This document shows, in pieces, positions 30,590 to 40,228 of a stretch of DNA of 64,000 nucleotides; positions within the stretch are counted from its first letter, which is position 1; each line of letters begins with the position of its first letter. This stretch comes from Thermoproteota archaeon. GTDB lineage: Archaea; Korarchaeota; Korarchaeia; Korarchaeales; Korarchaeaceae. Below the pieces are notes generated by a model. That model saw only the letters and a program-made list of their open reading frames with translations, was not told where the DNA came from and ran no database searches. The position numbers and the translations under genes are program-made. The stretch is from NCBI GenBank assembly GCA_026986575.1, contig JALSOH010000004.1, positions 704,001-768,000 on the forward strand. Reading direction: 5' to 3'.

Positions 30590-32017
30590 GTGACGGCCTT
30601 TGCTGAGATAAAGGTCTATAACACCTTGTCCAAATCGCTCGAGAAGTTCATCCCTCTCCACGGTAAGAGGGTCTTCATGTTCGTGTGCGGCCCCACAGTC
30701 TACGATTACTCGCACTTGGGACACGCTAGGACCTACGTGTTTTATGACACACTAGCTAGGTTCCTGAGGAAGATGGATTACTCGCTCTTCTACCTCCAGA
30801 ACATAACTGATGTGGACGATAAGATCGTGAACAGGGCTAGAGACGAGGGTAGACATCCCCTAGAGCTGGCTAGGGAGTTCGAAAACTACTACCACGATGA
30901 CATGGCTGCCCTGAACGTGACAAGCGTCAATCTCTATGCTAGAGCCTCCGATTACCTGCCGGAGATATTCGAGCAGGTGAGGGCTCTCATAGAGAAGGGA
31001 CATGCTTACGTTACCGAAACTGGCGTGTACTTCGATATAACGACCTTCCCTGACTACGGGAAGCTGTCCGGCCAGAAGCCAGAGGAGCTGCGGGTCCACA
31101 GGATAGAGCCCGACCCGACCAAGAGGAACCCCGGCGACTTCGCCCTCTGGAGGAACAGACCGAGAGAGGAGTTCGGGTGGGAATCCCCTTGGGGCTATGG
31201 GAGGCCCGGGTGGCACATAGAGGACACTGCGATCTCGATAAAACACTTCGGGAAGCAGTACGACATCCACGGCGGAGCGATAGAGCTTGCCTTCCCCCAC
31301 CACGAGGCCGAGATAGCTCAGGCGGAGAGCTACACTGGGGTGAAGCCCTTCGTTAAGTACTGGATCCACACAGGCCTGCTTACAGTCGAGGGGGAGAAGA
31401 TGTCCAAGTCCTTGGGCAACTTTGTGACCATAAGGGAGGCCCTGAAGGAGTACGATCCCAATGTGCTCAGGATATTCCTCCTATCGAGGCATTACCGCTC
31501 TCCCATCGACTTTAGGTGGGAACTCTTGGACCAAGCGAAGAGCAGCTACGAGAGAATATTGAACGGATACGGAAACCTCATGGACATGGATATCGTGGAG
31601 GAAGCGAGTGAACGCGAAGCTATTTTCTTAGAGGAGGTCAGCAGGATCAGGCGTAGATTCTTCGAGGCGATGATGGACGACCTGAATACAGCTGAAGCTT
31701 TGGCTCAACTCTTTGAGCTGGTAAGGGCCGTGAACTCCTACTACGAGGAGAGAGGCCAGATCACAGCTGAGAGCAGGGTAGAGGTGATCGCGGCCTTTAC
31801 AGATATGTTCAATGTGTTGGGACTGAGAATAGGAGGTGGCTACGACGAGTCAATGCTCCGCAATCTCGTTAGCATCCTGATAGATGTGAGGGCCGTCCTC
31901 AGGAAGAGGAAAGAATATGATCTCGCGGATGAAATAAGGGCCAGACTTAGGGAAATAGGTATAGAGCTGCAGGATATCCCGGAAGGGACGAAGTGGAGGC
32001 TGAAAGGGCGGACATAG
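30590..32017 (+). CDS. cysS: Cysteinyl-tRNA synthetase
   Basis: CGPTVYD.SHLGH, DFALW, GRPGWHIE, DIHGG, FPHHE, KMSKS. Confidence 0.97.
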   Translation: MTAFAEIKVYNTLSKSLEKFIPLHGKRVFMFVCGPTVYDYSHLGHARTYVFYDTLARFLRKMDYSLFYLQNITDVDDKIVNRARDEGRHPLELAREFENYYHDDMAALNVTSVNLYARASDYLPEIFEQVRALIEKGHAYVTETGVYFDITTFPDYGKLSGQKPEELRVHRIEPDPTKRNPGDFALWRNRPREEFGWESPWGYGRPGWHIEDTAISIKHFGKQYDIHGGAIELAFPHHEAEIAQAESYTGVKPFVKYWIHTGLLTVEGEKMSKSLGNFVTIREALKEYDPNVLRIFLLSRHYRSPIDFRWELLDQAKSSYERILNGYGNLMDMDIVEEASEREAIFLEEVSRIRRRFFEAMMDDLNTAEALAQLFELVRAVNSYYEERGQITAESRVEVIAAFTDMFNVLGLRIGGGYDESMLRNLVSILIDVRAVLRKRKEYDLADEIRARLREIGIELQDIPEGTKWRLKGRT

Positions 32018-32180
32018 ACCTAGCGCTCAGAACAATCATGGGCGAGGGGCAATCTCCCCGATCTATCTCAGCAACTGTTCCACTTTTTCCAGAGTCCACC
32101 TTACTGTAGACTTCCGACGTAATTAAATCCCGGCCTTCGTCTTGAGAGTCCGGTAATTATTTGGAGCCGAAGACCGAATG

Positions 32181-32221
32181 TTTTTAAGGTTCTGGGGCAG
32201 AACTAAGGTTCTGGGGCAGAA
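32181..32221 (+). promoter_or_regulatory. TATA-like box followed by two palindromic sites (G)TTCTG-GGG-CAGAA(C)
   Basis: TTTTTAA at 32181; TAAGGTTCTGGGGCAGAA at 32185-32202 and 32204-32221; ATG at 32224. Confidence 0.75.
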
Positions 32222-32223
32222 AT

Positions 32224-33255
32224 ATGTTATTCGACGAAAGGCCGAAGACACGAAAGGAGGACCTCTACGATAGGGATAAAGAGGTTGAGGAGCTTAAGGG
32301 TAACGTCGGGAGGCCTTTGATAATTCTAACGGGAATACGCAGGATAGGCAAGACCTCAATACTCAACGTTGCCCTCAGCGAGCTTGACGTCCCCAAAGTA
32401 TTGATAGATGCGAGATCTCTCCCCAAGAACTACGGCTTAAGAGATCTCTACGGGTTGGTGGCAGATTCGTTAACTTCTTCACTAGACAAGTTTAGGGAGG
32501 TGCTTTCCAGAGTGAGGGGAGTAAGGATCCTAGGATACGGGGTAGAACTCAGCTGGAGAGGGAAGGACTTCATGAGCCTCTCGGAGTTGTTCGACGCGTT
32601 AAACAGGAAGGGAGGGATAATAGCAGTGGACGAAGCCCAAAGACTTAGAGGCCCCAACTCCAAGCTTTTCCTCGAGGCTCTTGCCCATGCGTACGACTAC
32701 GACAGGAACCTCACTTTCGTACTCACGGGATCGGAAATCGGCCTGCTTTACGATCTGCTGAGGGTTGATGATCCGTATTCCACACTTTATGGGCGTTATT
32801 ACAAGGAGATCAGGGTAAGGAGATTCTCTAGGGAGGAATCCATCGACTTCTTGGTTAAAGGATTTGAAGAAGCTGGTGTGAAGCCTAAAAACGTAGAAGA
32901 GGCAGTGGATCTTCTAGATGGAATCCCCGGCTGGCTTACATTCTATGGAAAGCGCTGCCTGGATGGGAAATGTGATCCTATGGAGGTCATGAACATGGCC
33001 GTGAGCTTGGCCATGAGGGAGCTGAAAGCCCTGCTTAGGGGGAGGTCCAAGAGGTACTTCACCGTCATGAAGGCAGTGGCCTCCGGTGCGAGGAGTTGGA
33101 GCCAAGTGAAGAGGTACGTGGAGGAGGCTGAGGGTAGGGCCTTGTCCAAGAGCGTGCTATACAACGTGCTTAGTAACTTGGAGAGGCTGAGCATCCTCAA
33201 GGATTATGAGTTCCTTGACCCTGTCTACGAGGAGGCAGCTAGAAGGCTAACCTGA
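32224..33255 (+). CDS. Archaeal ATPase (AP/STAND-related, ATPase_2) with C-terminal wHTH
   Basis: MLFDERPK..DLYDR, TGIRRIGKTS, VDEAQ, LTGSEIG, GR, LDGIPGWL, FLDP. Confidence 0.9.
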   Translation: MLFDERPKTRKEDLYDRDKEVEELKGNVGRPLIILTGIRRIGKTSILNVALSELDVPKVLIDARSLPKNYGLRDLYGLVADSLTSSLDKFREVLSRVRGVRILGYGVELSWRGKDFMSLSELFDALNRKGGIIAVDEAQRLRGPNSKLFLEALAHAYDYDRNLTFVLTGSEIGLLYDLLRVDDPYSTLYGRYYKEIRVRRFSREESIDFLVKGFEEAGVKPKNVEEAVDLLDGIPGWLTFYGKRCLDGKCDPMEVMNMAVSLAMRELKALLRGRSKRYFTVMKAVASGARSWSQVKRYVEEAEGRALSKSVLYNVLSNLERLSILKDYEFLDPVYEEAARRLT

Positions 33256-33491
33256 GAGCTCGAGGCGCGCGTCAGCTCTAGAAAATCCCCAAGCATTGCG
33301 AGGGCGAGCCAACGAACCTAAGGTCCCTCTCCCATCCGATTAAGACGCGTATCAGACCTCTCAAGATCAACCCAGTATCTGTACCGCTTTAATTAACCAA
33401 ACTGAGGAGTGCTGGCGGCCAGGAGCCCCTACGCCCTCACTCACATCAGGCCCATTAAAGAGGCGCAAAGATGATTGGTGATCGAAGCGAA

Positions 33492-35189
33492 TCATCTCAG
33501 GAAGAGGGCCGCCTTCTTTAACTTCCTCTTTTGCTCTAGGAACATAACTATAGCGTCTGCGGAGAGCATTCCCACCACCTTTTCCTTCTTTGGATCTATT
33601 ACTGGGAGACAGCAAACCCCGAACTCGTACATCTTATCCAAAGCGGTCATCAGGTTATCATCGGGCTTGAGGAAGTCCACCTTTCTCACTATATCTATCA
33701 GCTTCACCCTATCCCACTCCGAGGTGGGAATGCTGTTCACGTCCCTCAATGCGACGATCCCCACAATCCTTCCATCTTTGGCCTTTACTGGAAAGACGAA
33801 GTGATCTCTATATTTGAGGAAGTACTTGTTGAAGAACTCCTTGACTGTTAGGTCGTCCCTTAACACGGGCGGCGGGGAAACCATCAGCTCCTTCACTCTA
33901 ACCCTCTCCAATTCCTCTATCTTGGTGGTTTCCACTATTTTCTGGTTCTTGGGGAGGGAATACTTCCCCGATACTATGTAGGCGACGGCAGAAGCCACTA
34001 ACCCGGGGATCACGTAAGCCTCGGACCCTGTAGTCTCAGCGACGAAGGATACGGCTGCTAGAGGAGTCTTGAACGCGGCGGCCAGGAAGGAGGACATCCC
34101 CAATGCTACGAAGAGGCTTGTGACGCTCGGATCCATGGTACTCATCGCCGACCCTAGGGTAGCGCCTATCACTATGGAGGGGATGAAAACGCCGCCAATT
34201 CCGGCGCTCCCTAAGGTTAGGGCTGTGGCGATCATCTTGAGTACCGCCATCCCGAAGAAGAAAGTCGCATCACCTCCCTTGAAGGATAGCCTGACCAGAT
34301 CGTAGCTCAAACCGAATGGATACAGGGTTTTCGTTGTCATTAGGGTAGCGGTCGCGAGCAGCCCGACAGAGGCTCCTCCTACAACTCCCCTGAGTGTATA
34401 ACTCTTCCCTTCCATGATTCTTTCAACTAGTGAGACCGTCCTCACGAAGATGACCGAGAAAAAGCCCATAACTAAGCCCTCTAGGAGCCCTATACTGAGA
34501 ATGTAAAGGTCGACCTCGCCAAAGGGCTTGAAGGCCTTGAATATAGGTTCAGCTCCCAGTATGGATATGAGGGTCAGGTAGGAGACCACGGACGATATGA
34601 GCGCGGGGACCACCGCCTGATGCGCCATGTCGTCCTTGTAAGGGACCTCTAAAGCGAACATGAGTCCGGTCAGGGGAGCCTTGAATATGGCGCTCATTCC
34701 TGACGCTGCTCCCGTCAACAGCAGGATTCTTCCGTCCTCCTCTATTCCCAACCTATCCATGAGCCTCTTTACGGCAGCCCCAACCGCACCACCTATGTGG
34801 ATGCTGGGTCCCTCTAGACCGGCGCTGCCTCCCGACCCAACGGTCAGAACGGCACCTAATGTCTTTATGGGAGCATCTTTGAGTACCATCTCGCCGTCCC
34901 TGTAATGATAGGCCTCTAGAACCTCCTCCGTTCCGTGAAAGTGGGGCAGCTTGGTCAGCTTCTCTCTGAGCATTCCCGTGACCGATATCCCGATGAAGGG
35001 GACTATGGGGATGAGCCACAGATATCCACTTTCAGCGATCTTCCTCAACATGAGCTCAGAGGCATCTAGGACAGATATCTCCAGCAGGGAAACGAGCAGT
35101 CCCGTCAGGAATCCCACGATGGAGGATACTGTCACCCACTTCACTAGCATCTTGTAGAGACCCGTGGATGGGCGACTCACCCTGACCAT
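33492..35189 (-). CDS. CLC chloride channel/transporter with CBS pair
   Basis: GSAGLEGP, FKAPLTG.MFALE, GGVFIP, KTPL..E; C-terminal CBS domains. Confidence 0.92.
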   Translation of the reverse strand: MVRVSRPSTGLYKMLVKWVTVSSIVGFLTGLLVSLLEISVLDASELMLRKIAESGYLWLIPIVPFIGISVTGMLREKLTKLPHFHGTEEVLEAYHYRDGEMVLKDAPIKTLGAVLTVGSGGSAGLEGPSIHIGGAVGAAVKRLMDRLGIEEDGRILLLTGAASGMSAIFKAPLTGLMFALEVPYKDDMAHQAVVPALISSVVSYLTLISILGAEPIFKAFKPFGEVDLYILSIGLLEGLVMGFFSVIFVRTVSLVERIMEGKSYTLRGVVGGASVGLLATATLMTTKTLYPFGLSYDLVRLSFKGGDATFFFGMAVLKMIATALTLGSAGIGGVFIPSIVIGATLGSAMSTMDPSVTSLFVALGMSSFLAAAFKTPLAAVSFVAETTGSEAYVIPGLVASAVAYIVSGKYSLPKNQKIVETTKIEELERVRVKELMVSPPPVLRDDLTVKEFFNKYFLKYRDHFVFPVKAKDGRIVGIVALRDVNSIPTSEWDRVKLIDIVRKVDFLKPDDNLMTALDKMYEFGVCCLPVIDPKKEKVVGMLSADAIVMFLEQKRKLKKAALFLR

Positions 35190-35316
35190 TTTCCCTCCCC
35201 TCGCCCTTCCACAGTAAAATAAAAAGGAATTTGGACCCCTGACGCCCCTGAGTTGCTTACATTGAATAAGTTAATTAGCAAGAGGCCGGGCCTCATCGGG
35301 AAGGGAGCGTGAGAGC

Positions 35317-35700
35317 ATGACGTTGGCTGATTCCCTCTCATTCATCAGGAGGGATAACTACCTGATTATGTCCTTCCTGATAGGGTTCATCGTGGGTCTC
35401 ATTCCGGGGATAGGGGTTCTGGGACCCTTGGTCGGGGGCTTCCTCTATTCATACTTCTCGATATTCTATGGCGAGATACCTAAGGATCAGGTAGAGGCGA
35501 TAAAGAGGGGCGCCGTGATGGGTGCGATCCTGTCGCTAGTGGACTTCGTAGTGGTTCTGCTCTTCTGGGGACCTATGCTCCCCATGGGCATGATGATGTC
35601 CTTTTCCGCCCTCGTGTTGATAAACGCCTTCGTCGTCGGTCTCATCATAGGGGCCATACTGGGAGGGATAGGGGGCTTCCTCTCCCTTCAGGTCGAGTAA
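35317..35700 (+). CDS. Small Gly-rich membrane protein (DUF5518-like)
   Basis: IPGIGVLGPLVGGF, GA..GA, GAILGGIGGF. Confidence 0.7.
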   Translation: MTLADSLSFIRRDNYLIMSFLIGFIVGLIPGIGVLGPLVGGFLYSYFSIFYGEIPKDQVEAIKRGAVMGAILSLVDFVVVLLFWGPMLPMGMMMSFSALVLINAFVVGLIIGAILGGIGGFLSLQVE

Positions 35701-35787
35701 CCACTCCTTCCCCTCCCATCCATTCACCCATTTATCACCCCAAACGGTTTATTAATGCAGAGGATTCCAGCCCTCTTGGTGTCTTAA

Positions 35788-37158
35788 GTGAGCTGGTCTG
35801 TCCTCGAAGCCCTGAGAACCAACCCAGATGTCCTAAAGGAGAGCCTGAAGAAGAGGTACCTGTCCACGGACCTAGTCGACAGGGCATTGGAGCTCGATTC
35901 TAGGTGGAGGGAGGCCGTAACTGAACTCAACAGGCTGAGGGAGAGGAGGAACGAGATAAATAGGGCCATCCCCCATGCCAGCCCTGAAGAGAGGCAGGAA
36001 CTGATAAAGAGATCAAAGGAGCTAGGAGCTAAGGTCAAGGAGCTGGAAGAACTGGTAAAGAATCTATCTGAGGAAAGGGATACCATCCTCATGTCTCTAC
36101 CGTCAATTGTGCACGAATCAGTCCCAGAGGGGCCAGATGATACGTATAACGTCCCTGTGAGGTTTTGGGGGATCCCTAAGGTTCCTAAGAGCAAGCTGGA
36201 GAGGTTCAGGGAGGAGACCTCTGGATTCGATGTGGAGTACCGGGTGGTGGACTGGGAACCTAAGGGTCACGCGGACGAGCTGGAACTGGTGTTGAAGCAG
36301 GGAGACACCCTCAAAGCTGCTCAAGTATCGGGAAGCAGGTTCTTCTACCTCTTCAAGGACATAGTGTGGCTGGAGCAGGCTCTAGTAATGTTCGCGCTTG
36401 ATCACATCACTAAGAAGGGCTTCATCCCCGTGTTACCGCCCTATATGATGAGGGAGCAGTACTACTTGGGCGTGACGGACCTAGAGACGTTCAAGGACAG
36501 CATCTACAAAATAGAGGGGGAGGACCTCTACCTCATAGCCACATCTGAGCACCCACTCATAGCCATGCACGCCGGAGACACCTTCACCGAGGATGAGCTG
36601 CCTCGCCTCTACGTGGGCGTGAGCCCCTGCTTCAGAAAGGAGGCCGGAACCCACGGCAAAGACACGAAGGGAATATTCAGGGTACACCAGTTCACCAAGG
36701 TCGAGCAGATCGTCTACTCAAAGCCTGAGGAGAGCTGGGAGTGGCACGAGCGTCTCATCAGGAACGCAGAGGAGATATACCAACAGCTAGAGATCCCCTA
36801 CAGGATCGTGAACATAGCTGCTGGCGACTTGGGCGCCTGCGCGGCCAAGAAGTACGACTTAGAGGCTTGGTTCCCCGCTCAGGGAAGGTATAGGGAGCTG
36901 GTCAGCTGCAGCAATTGCGTGGACTGGCAGAGTTACAGGCTCAGGATAAAGCTCGATAGAAAGGGGAGGAGGGAGTTCGTGCACACGCTGAACAGCACGG
37001 CTCTAGCAACTACTAGGACTATATGCGCCATACTGGAGAATCACCAGCGGGAAGACGGCGTCGTGGAGATACCAAAGGTCCTCAGGGGGTACTTGGAGCC
37101 CTTCGAGGCGGCTCCGAAGGAGGTAATAGAGCCGATAAAGAGGCTGTTGAAGGAGTGA
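35788..37158 (+). CDS. serS: Seryl-tRNA synthetase
   Basis: Coiled-coil arm, LIATSEHP, CFRKEAG, GIFRVHQFTKVE, YRELVSCSNC, HTLNST. Confidence 0.97.
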   Translation: MSWSVLEALRTNPDVLKESLKKRYLSTDLVDRALELDSRWREAVTELNRLRERRNEINRAIPHASPEERQELIKRSKELGAKVKELEELVKNLSEERDTILMSLPSIVHESVPEGPDDTYNVPVRFWGIPKVPKSKLERFREETSGFDVEYRVVDWEPKGHADELELVLKQGDTLKAAQVSGSRFFYLFKDIVWLEQALVMFALDHITKKGFIPVLPPYMMREQYYLGVTDLETFKDSIYKIEGEDLYLIATSEHPLIAMHAGDTFTEDELPRLYVGVSPCFRKEAGTHGKDTKGIFRVHQFTKVEQIVYSKPEESWEWHERLIRNAEEIYQQLEIPYRIVNIAAGDLGACAAKKYDLEAWFPAQGRYRELVSCSNCVDWQSYRLRIKLDRKGRREFVHTLNSTALATTRTICAILENHQREDGVVEIPKVLRGYLEPFEAAPKEVIEPIKRLLKE

Positions 37159-37160
37159 GG

Positions 37161-38546
37161 TCAGAACCACAACTTCCCCGGATTCATTATACCGTTGGGA
37201 TCCAGCAATTCCTTTATCCTCCTCACGACCTCTAGGTAGCCTTCCCCCCTGACAGCTTTTATCTCCTCTAGGAAGAGTTCCTTCTTCGCCAAGCCTATTC
37301 CATGCTCACCGCTTATCGCACCTCCCAGCTCTACAGCCAGCCTCCCTATCTTGACGAACATCTCTTTAGCCTTTCTGAGCTGCTCCTCATCCCTCGGGTC
37401 GAAGCATATGGTGGGATGGAGGTTCCCGTCGCCAGCATGTCCGAACACGGGCATCCTCAACCCGTACTCCTTTCTAAGCTTCTCCAGCTCCCTCAGAGCT
37501 ATCATGAGCTTGCTAAGCGGCACGGTTATGTCCTCCAAGAGCACGCCTGGATAGGCCCTAGTCACGGCGGCGTAGGCCCCCTGCCTCGCTAGGTAAAGCT
37601 GCTGCATCTCCTCTGGATCGTCACTGGCCCTGGTTCTACCTCCGCTCTCCTTCATGACCTGCTCCACCTCCCCAGCCATCCTCCAGACTGCCTCCCTCGG
37701 TCCATCGACGTCGGCCACGACCATTGCCTCGGCCACCTCAACACCATATCCTAATACCTCGTTCACTATCTCTATTGTCTCCCTGTCCAGCAGCTCAAGC
37801 ATCATCGGGACGTAACCCCTCCTCCTTACCTGCGAGATAGCACTTCCGGCGTCTTCAAGCCTGTCGAAAGTCCCCATGACCCTGACGACCTTCTCCGGGA
37901 GGGGGTATATCTTGAGCCACGCCCTAGTTATCACCCCCAACGTTCCTTCAGACCCTATGAAAAGGGAGAGCAGGTCCGGGCCCCACCTCCACTTGTAGAC
38001 GGGCTCCCCTATCCTGAGCTTCCTTCCTCCAGCTAGATAGACCTCCATCGCGAGGACCCAGTTCTTCATCACCCCGAACTTGGCGCCTCTCAGCCCGCCA
38101 GCGTTCTCTGCCAGCGCACCACCTATGGTAGCCACCCTAGAACTGGCAGGGTCGGGAGGGAAGAAGAAACCGAACTCCCTGCACGCCTTGTCTACCTCCA
38201 GAACCGTCGCTCCTGCCTCAGCCATCACGTAACCGTCATCCACGTTAACTTCGACCCTGTTCATGGGTGTCAGGTCCAAGACTATGGACTCAGGACTCGT
38301 GGGTACGGGAGCTCCGGTGAGAGAGGTGCCGCTCCCCCTCGGAACCACGGGAACGCGCTCCCTATCTGCCACCTCCAGCACGACCCTCACGTCCTCCTCG
38401 GAGCTTGCTCTCACCACGGCGCCGGGAGCCTGCTTGAACTCCGTGCTAGCATCCAACGAGTAGGCGTACACATCCTCGGGCTCCGTTAGAACCTTCTCCC
38501 TCCCTATCTTCTTGGATATCTCGGAGATTGCTTGGGAGAATCCCAT
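37161..38546 (-). CDS. glcD: FAD-linked oxidase, glycolate/D-lactate dehydrogenase GlcD-type
   Basis: PRGSGTSL, FPPDPAS, ENAGG, GSEGTLG, GHAGDGNLH, SGEHGIG, NPGK. Start inferred at ATG 38546. Confidence 0.9.
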   Translation of the reverse strand: MGFSQAISEISKKIGREKVLTEPEDVYAYSLDASTEFKQAPGAVVRASSEEDVRVVLEVADRERVPVVPRGSGTSLTGAPVPTSPESIVLDLTPMNRVEVNVDDGYVMAEAGATVLEVDKACREFGFFFPPDPASSRVATIGGALAENAGGLRGAKFGVMKNWVLAMEVYLAGGRKLRIGEPVYKWRWGPDLLSLFIGSEGTLGVITRAWLKIYPLPEKVVRVMGTFDRLEDAGSAISQVRRRGYVPMMLELLDRETIEIVNEVLGYGVEVAEAMVVADVDGPREAVWRMAGEVEQVMKESGGRTRASDDPEEMQQLYLARQGAYAAVTRAYPGVLLEDITVPLSKLMIALRELEKLRKEYGLRMPVFGHAGDGNLHPTICFDPRDEEQLRKAKEMFVKIGRLAVELGGAISGEHGIGLAKKELFLEEIKAVRGEGYLEVVRRIKELLDPNGIMNPGKLWF

Positions 38547-38563
38547 GACATCACCACCCATAA

Positions 38564-39955
38564 TCAGGTTACACCGGCCTTCCCGGAGTATATGGCGTAG
38601 GCCCTGCCATAAACTATGAGCTCTTGGACATGGAGTCCCACCGGACAGGCTTGAGAGCACTGTCCGCAGAGAACGCACGAGTAGAGCCTATCCAGAACGG
38701 CCTTGGGCCTTACGGGATCACCCTTTACGAGGGAATTTATCAAAGTCATCCTGCCCCTCGCCGACCTGCTCTCCAGCCTGTCCAATGCTTTGGCCGTGGG
38801 ACACTCCACATTGCAGAAACCGCACTTCTTGCATTTGTCCGTCTCCCACTCGAGCATCTCCGCCAAGTCTTTTAGCTCTAAGCTCTTAGGCTTGGGGCTT
38901 GGCGGGAACACCCTGTACCTACTGAAGCGTGGTTCCTCCGGCATCGCCTCCTCGATGCCGTTCCTCATCGCCTCGGCCACCAAGGATGCGAGATCCTCGA
39001 CGCTGATGTTCACGCCAACGGAATCGAAGCCCGTCCTGAGCATCATTATGCACGCCGGACAGGAGGTGAAGACCATCTCAGCTCCAGTACTCTTCAACTC
39101 CTCTATCCTCTCGTAGGAGACCTTCCTAGCTAGGGGAGGTTGCGTGAGCTCCAGCCCCCCGTCACCGCTGCACCCTGTATTCACTCCATGCCTGGGAGGC
39201 TCCACGTACTTCACACCATCGATCCTGCTGAGAATAAATCTGACCTCGTCCACCACTCCCAGAGTCCTCGCTAGGTAGCAGGGATCATGGTAGGTGATCT
39301 TAACCTCCCTACCTAGCCTCAGGCGCACGCCCCTCCTCGCCATCTCCCTCGCGACGACCTCGACGAAGAGTAAGGCTTCCACATCCCACCCCTCGACGAA
39401 CTCAGGGTAGTAGAGCCTGAAGGCCGTCGCAACTATCGGATCCAGCGTGATCACCCTCTTCACGCCCAGCTCCCTGAGCCTCTGGTGGACCCATTCTGCA
39501 TGCTCCTTGAACTCCCTCAGCAGCCCGTAAGTGTGCAGCGCGACGCCTGAGGGAGGTTCGTCCTCGAAGAGGTAGCCGACCTCAATACCGAGGTTCTTAA
39601 GCACGTAGATCGCGTCTCTCAAACCCTTTTCATATCTCTCGTTGATCCTACCCCACAAAGCCTTGGTACCAACGGTGTATATCCCGAGCTTCCTCATGAT
39701 GGGTCCGGCCTTTGCTAGAGAGTTGATGTCCATCAAACCCTCCAGCCTCTTCAAAGCCCTGAAGGCCCCCTCCGCGTATCCCATCACCGGGTACATCTCG
39801 CCGGCGTAGAACACTGTACCATCCACTGGACCTCTAGGGAGTAATCCCCTGGCCCACCTCGTCCTCTGATCCGCCCCCAATCCCAAGACGTCGCCGACAG
39901 AAGTTGTATTTTCCGCGGCGAACCTCACTATCTCCGGGACGGCCGTTCCCTTCAC
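38564..39955 (-). CDS. Fe-S oxidoreductase (CCG domain plus C-terminal 2x[4Fe-4S]), GlcF/HdrD-like
   Basis: YHDPCYL, GCSGDGG, TSCPAC, then CKKCGFCNVECP and CVLCGQCSQACP. Confidence 0.85.
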   Translation of the reverse strand: MKGTAVPEIVRFAAENTTSVGDVLGLGADQRTRWARGLLPRGPVDGTVFYAGEMYPVMGYAEGAFRALKRLEGLMDINSLAKAGPIMRKLGIYTVGTKALWGRINERYEKGLRDAIYVLKNLGIEVGYLFEDEPPSGVALHTYGLLREFKEHAEWVHQRLRELGVKRVITLDPIVATAFRLYYPEFVEGWDVEALLFVEVVAREMARRGVRLRLGREVKITYHDPCYLARTLGVVDEVRFILSRIDGVKYVEPPRHGVNTGCSGDGGLELTQPPLARKVSYERIEELKSTGAEMVFTSCPACIMMLRTGFDSVGVNISVEDLASLVAEAMRNGIEEAMPEEPRFSRYRVFPPSPKPKSLELKDLAEMLEWETDKCKKCGFCNVECPTAKALDRLESRSARGRMTLINSLVKGDPVRPKAVLDRLYSCVLCGQCSQACPVGLHVQELIVYGRAYAIYSGKAGVT

Positions 39956-40228
39956 CCGAGGACTTACTACCCTCGCTTACTTATTAGTGGAATGGATCCG
40001 ACCCGGAGAATAGCCCACTCCCCCGGGACTCCTGACCTCAGCCGAGGGACCCAAGATACCTTTATAAATTGAAGATCGAGTGAAGGCGGAGAGGTGATCT
40101 CGCTGAGGAGGGATCGAGAAACTTCTCCCATATCCCTGTGATCCTCTCCTTGATCTCTCATTACTGGAGAGAGACCGCATCACCGATCCCCTGAGGCGGG
40201 ACCTCGTCTCCTTGAGGAGGTGTCTACA

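Noticed and set aside
32185-32221. Mini CRISPR array
   Set aside because: Only two 18-nt copies with a 1-nt spacer and no cas genes.
33256-33491. tRNA or att site flanking the ATPase cassette
   Set aside because: No cloverleaf, and no direct repeat shared with 32018-32180 was seen.
33492-35189. Fluoride-specific CLC-F with riboswitch
   Set aside because: It has GLEGP rather than GREGT/GNNL, and no riboswitch is present upstream.
40094-40141. Thr-sensing leader peptide upstream of thrS
   Set aside because: The short frame has a single Thr codon and a weak start.
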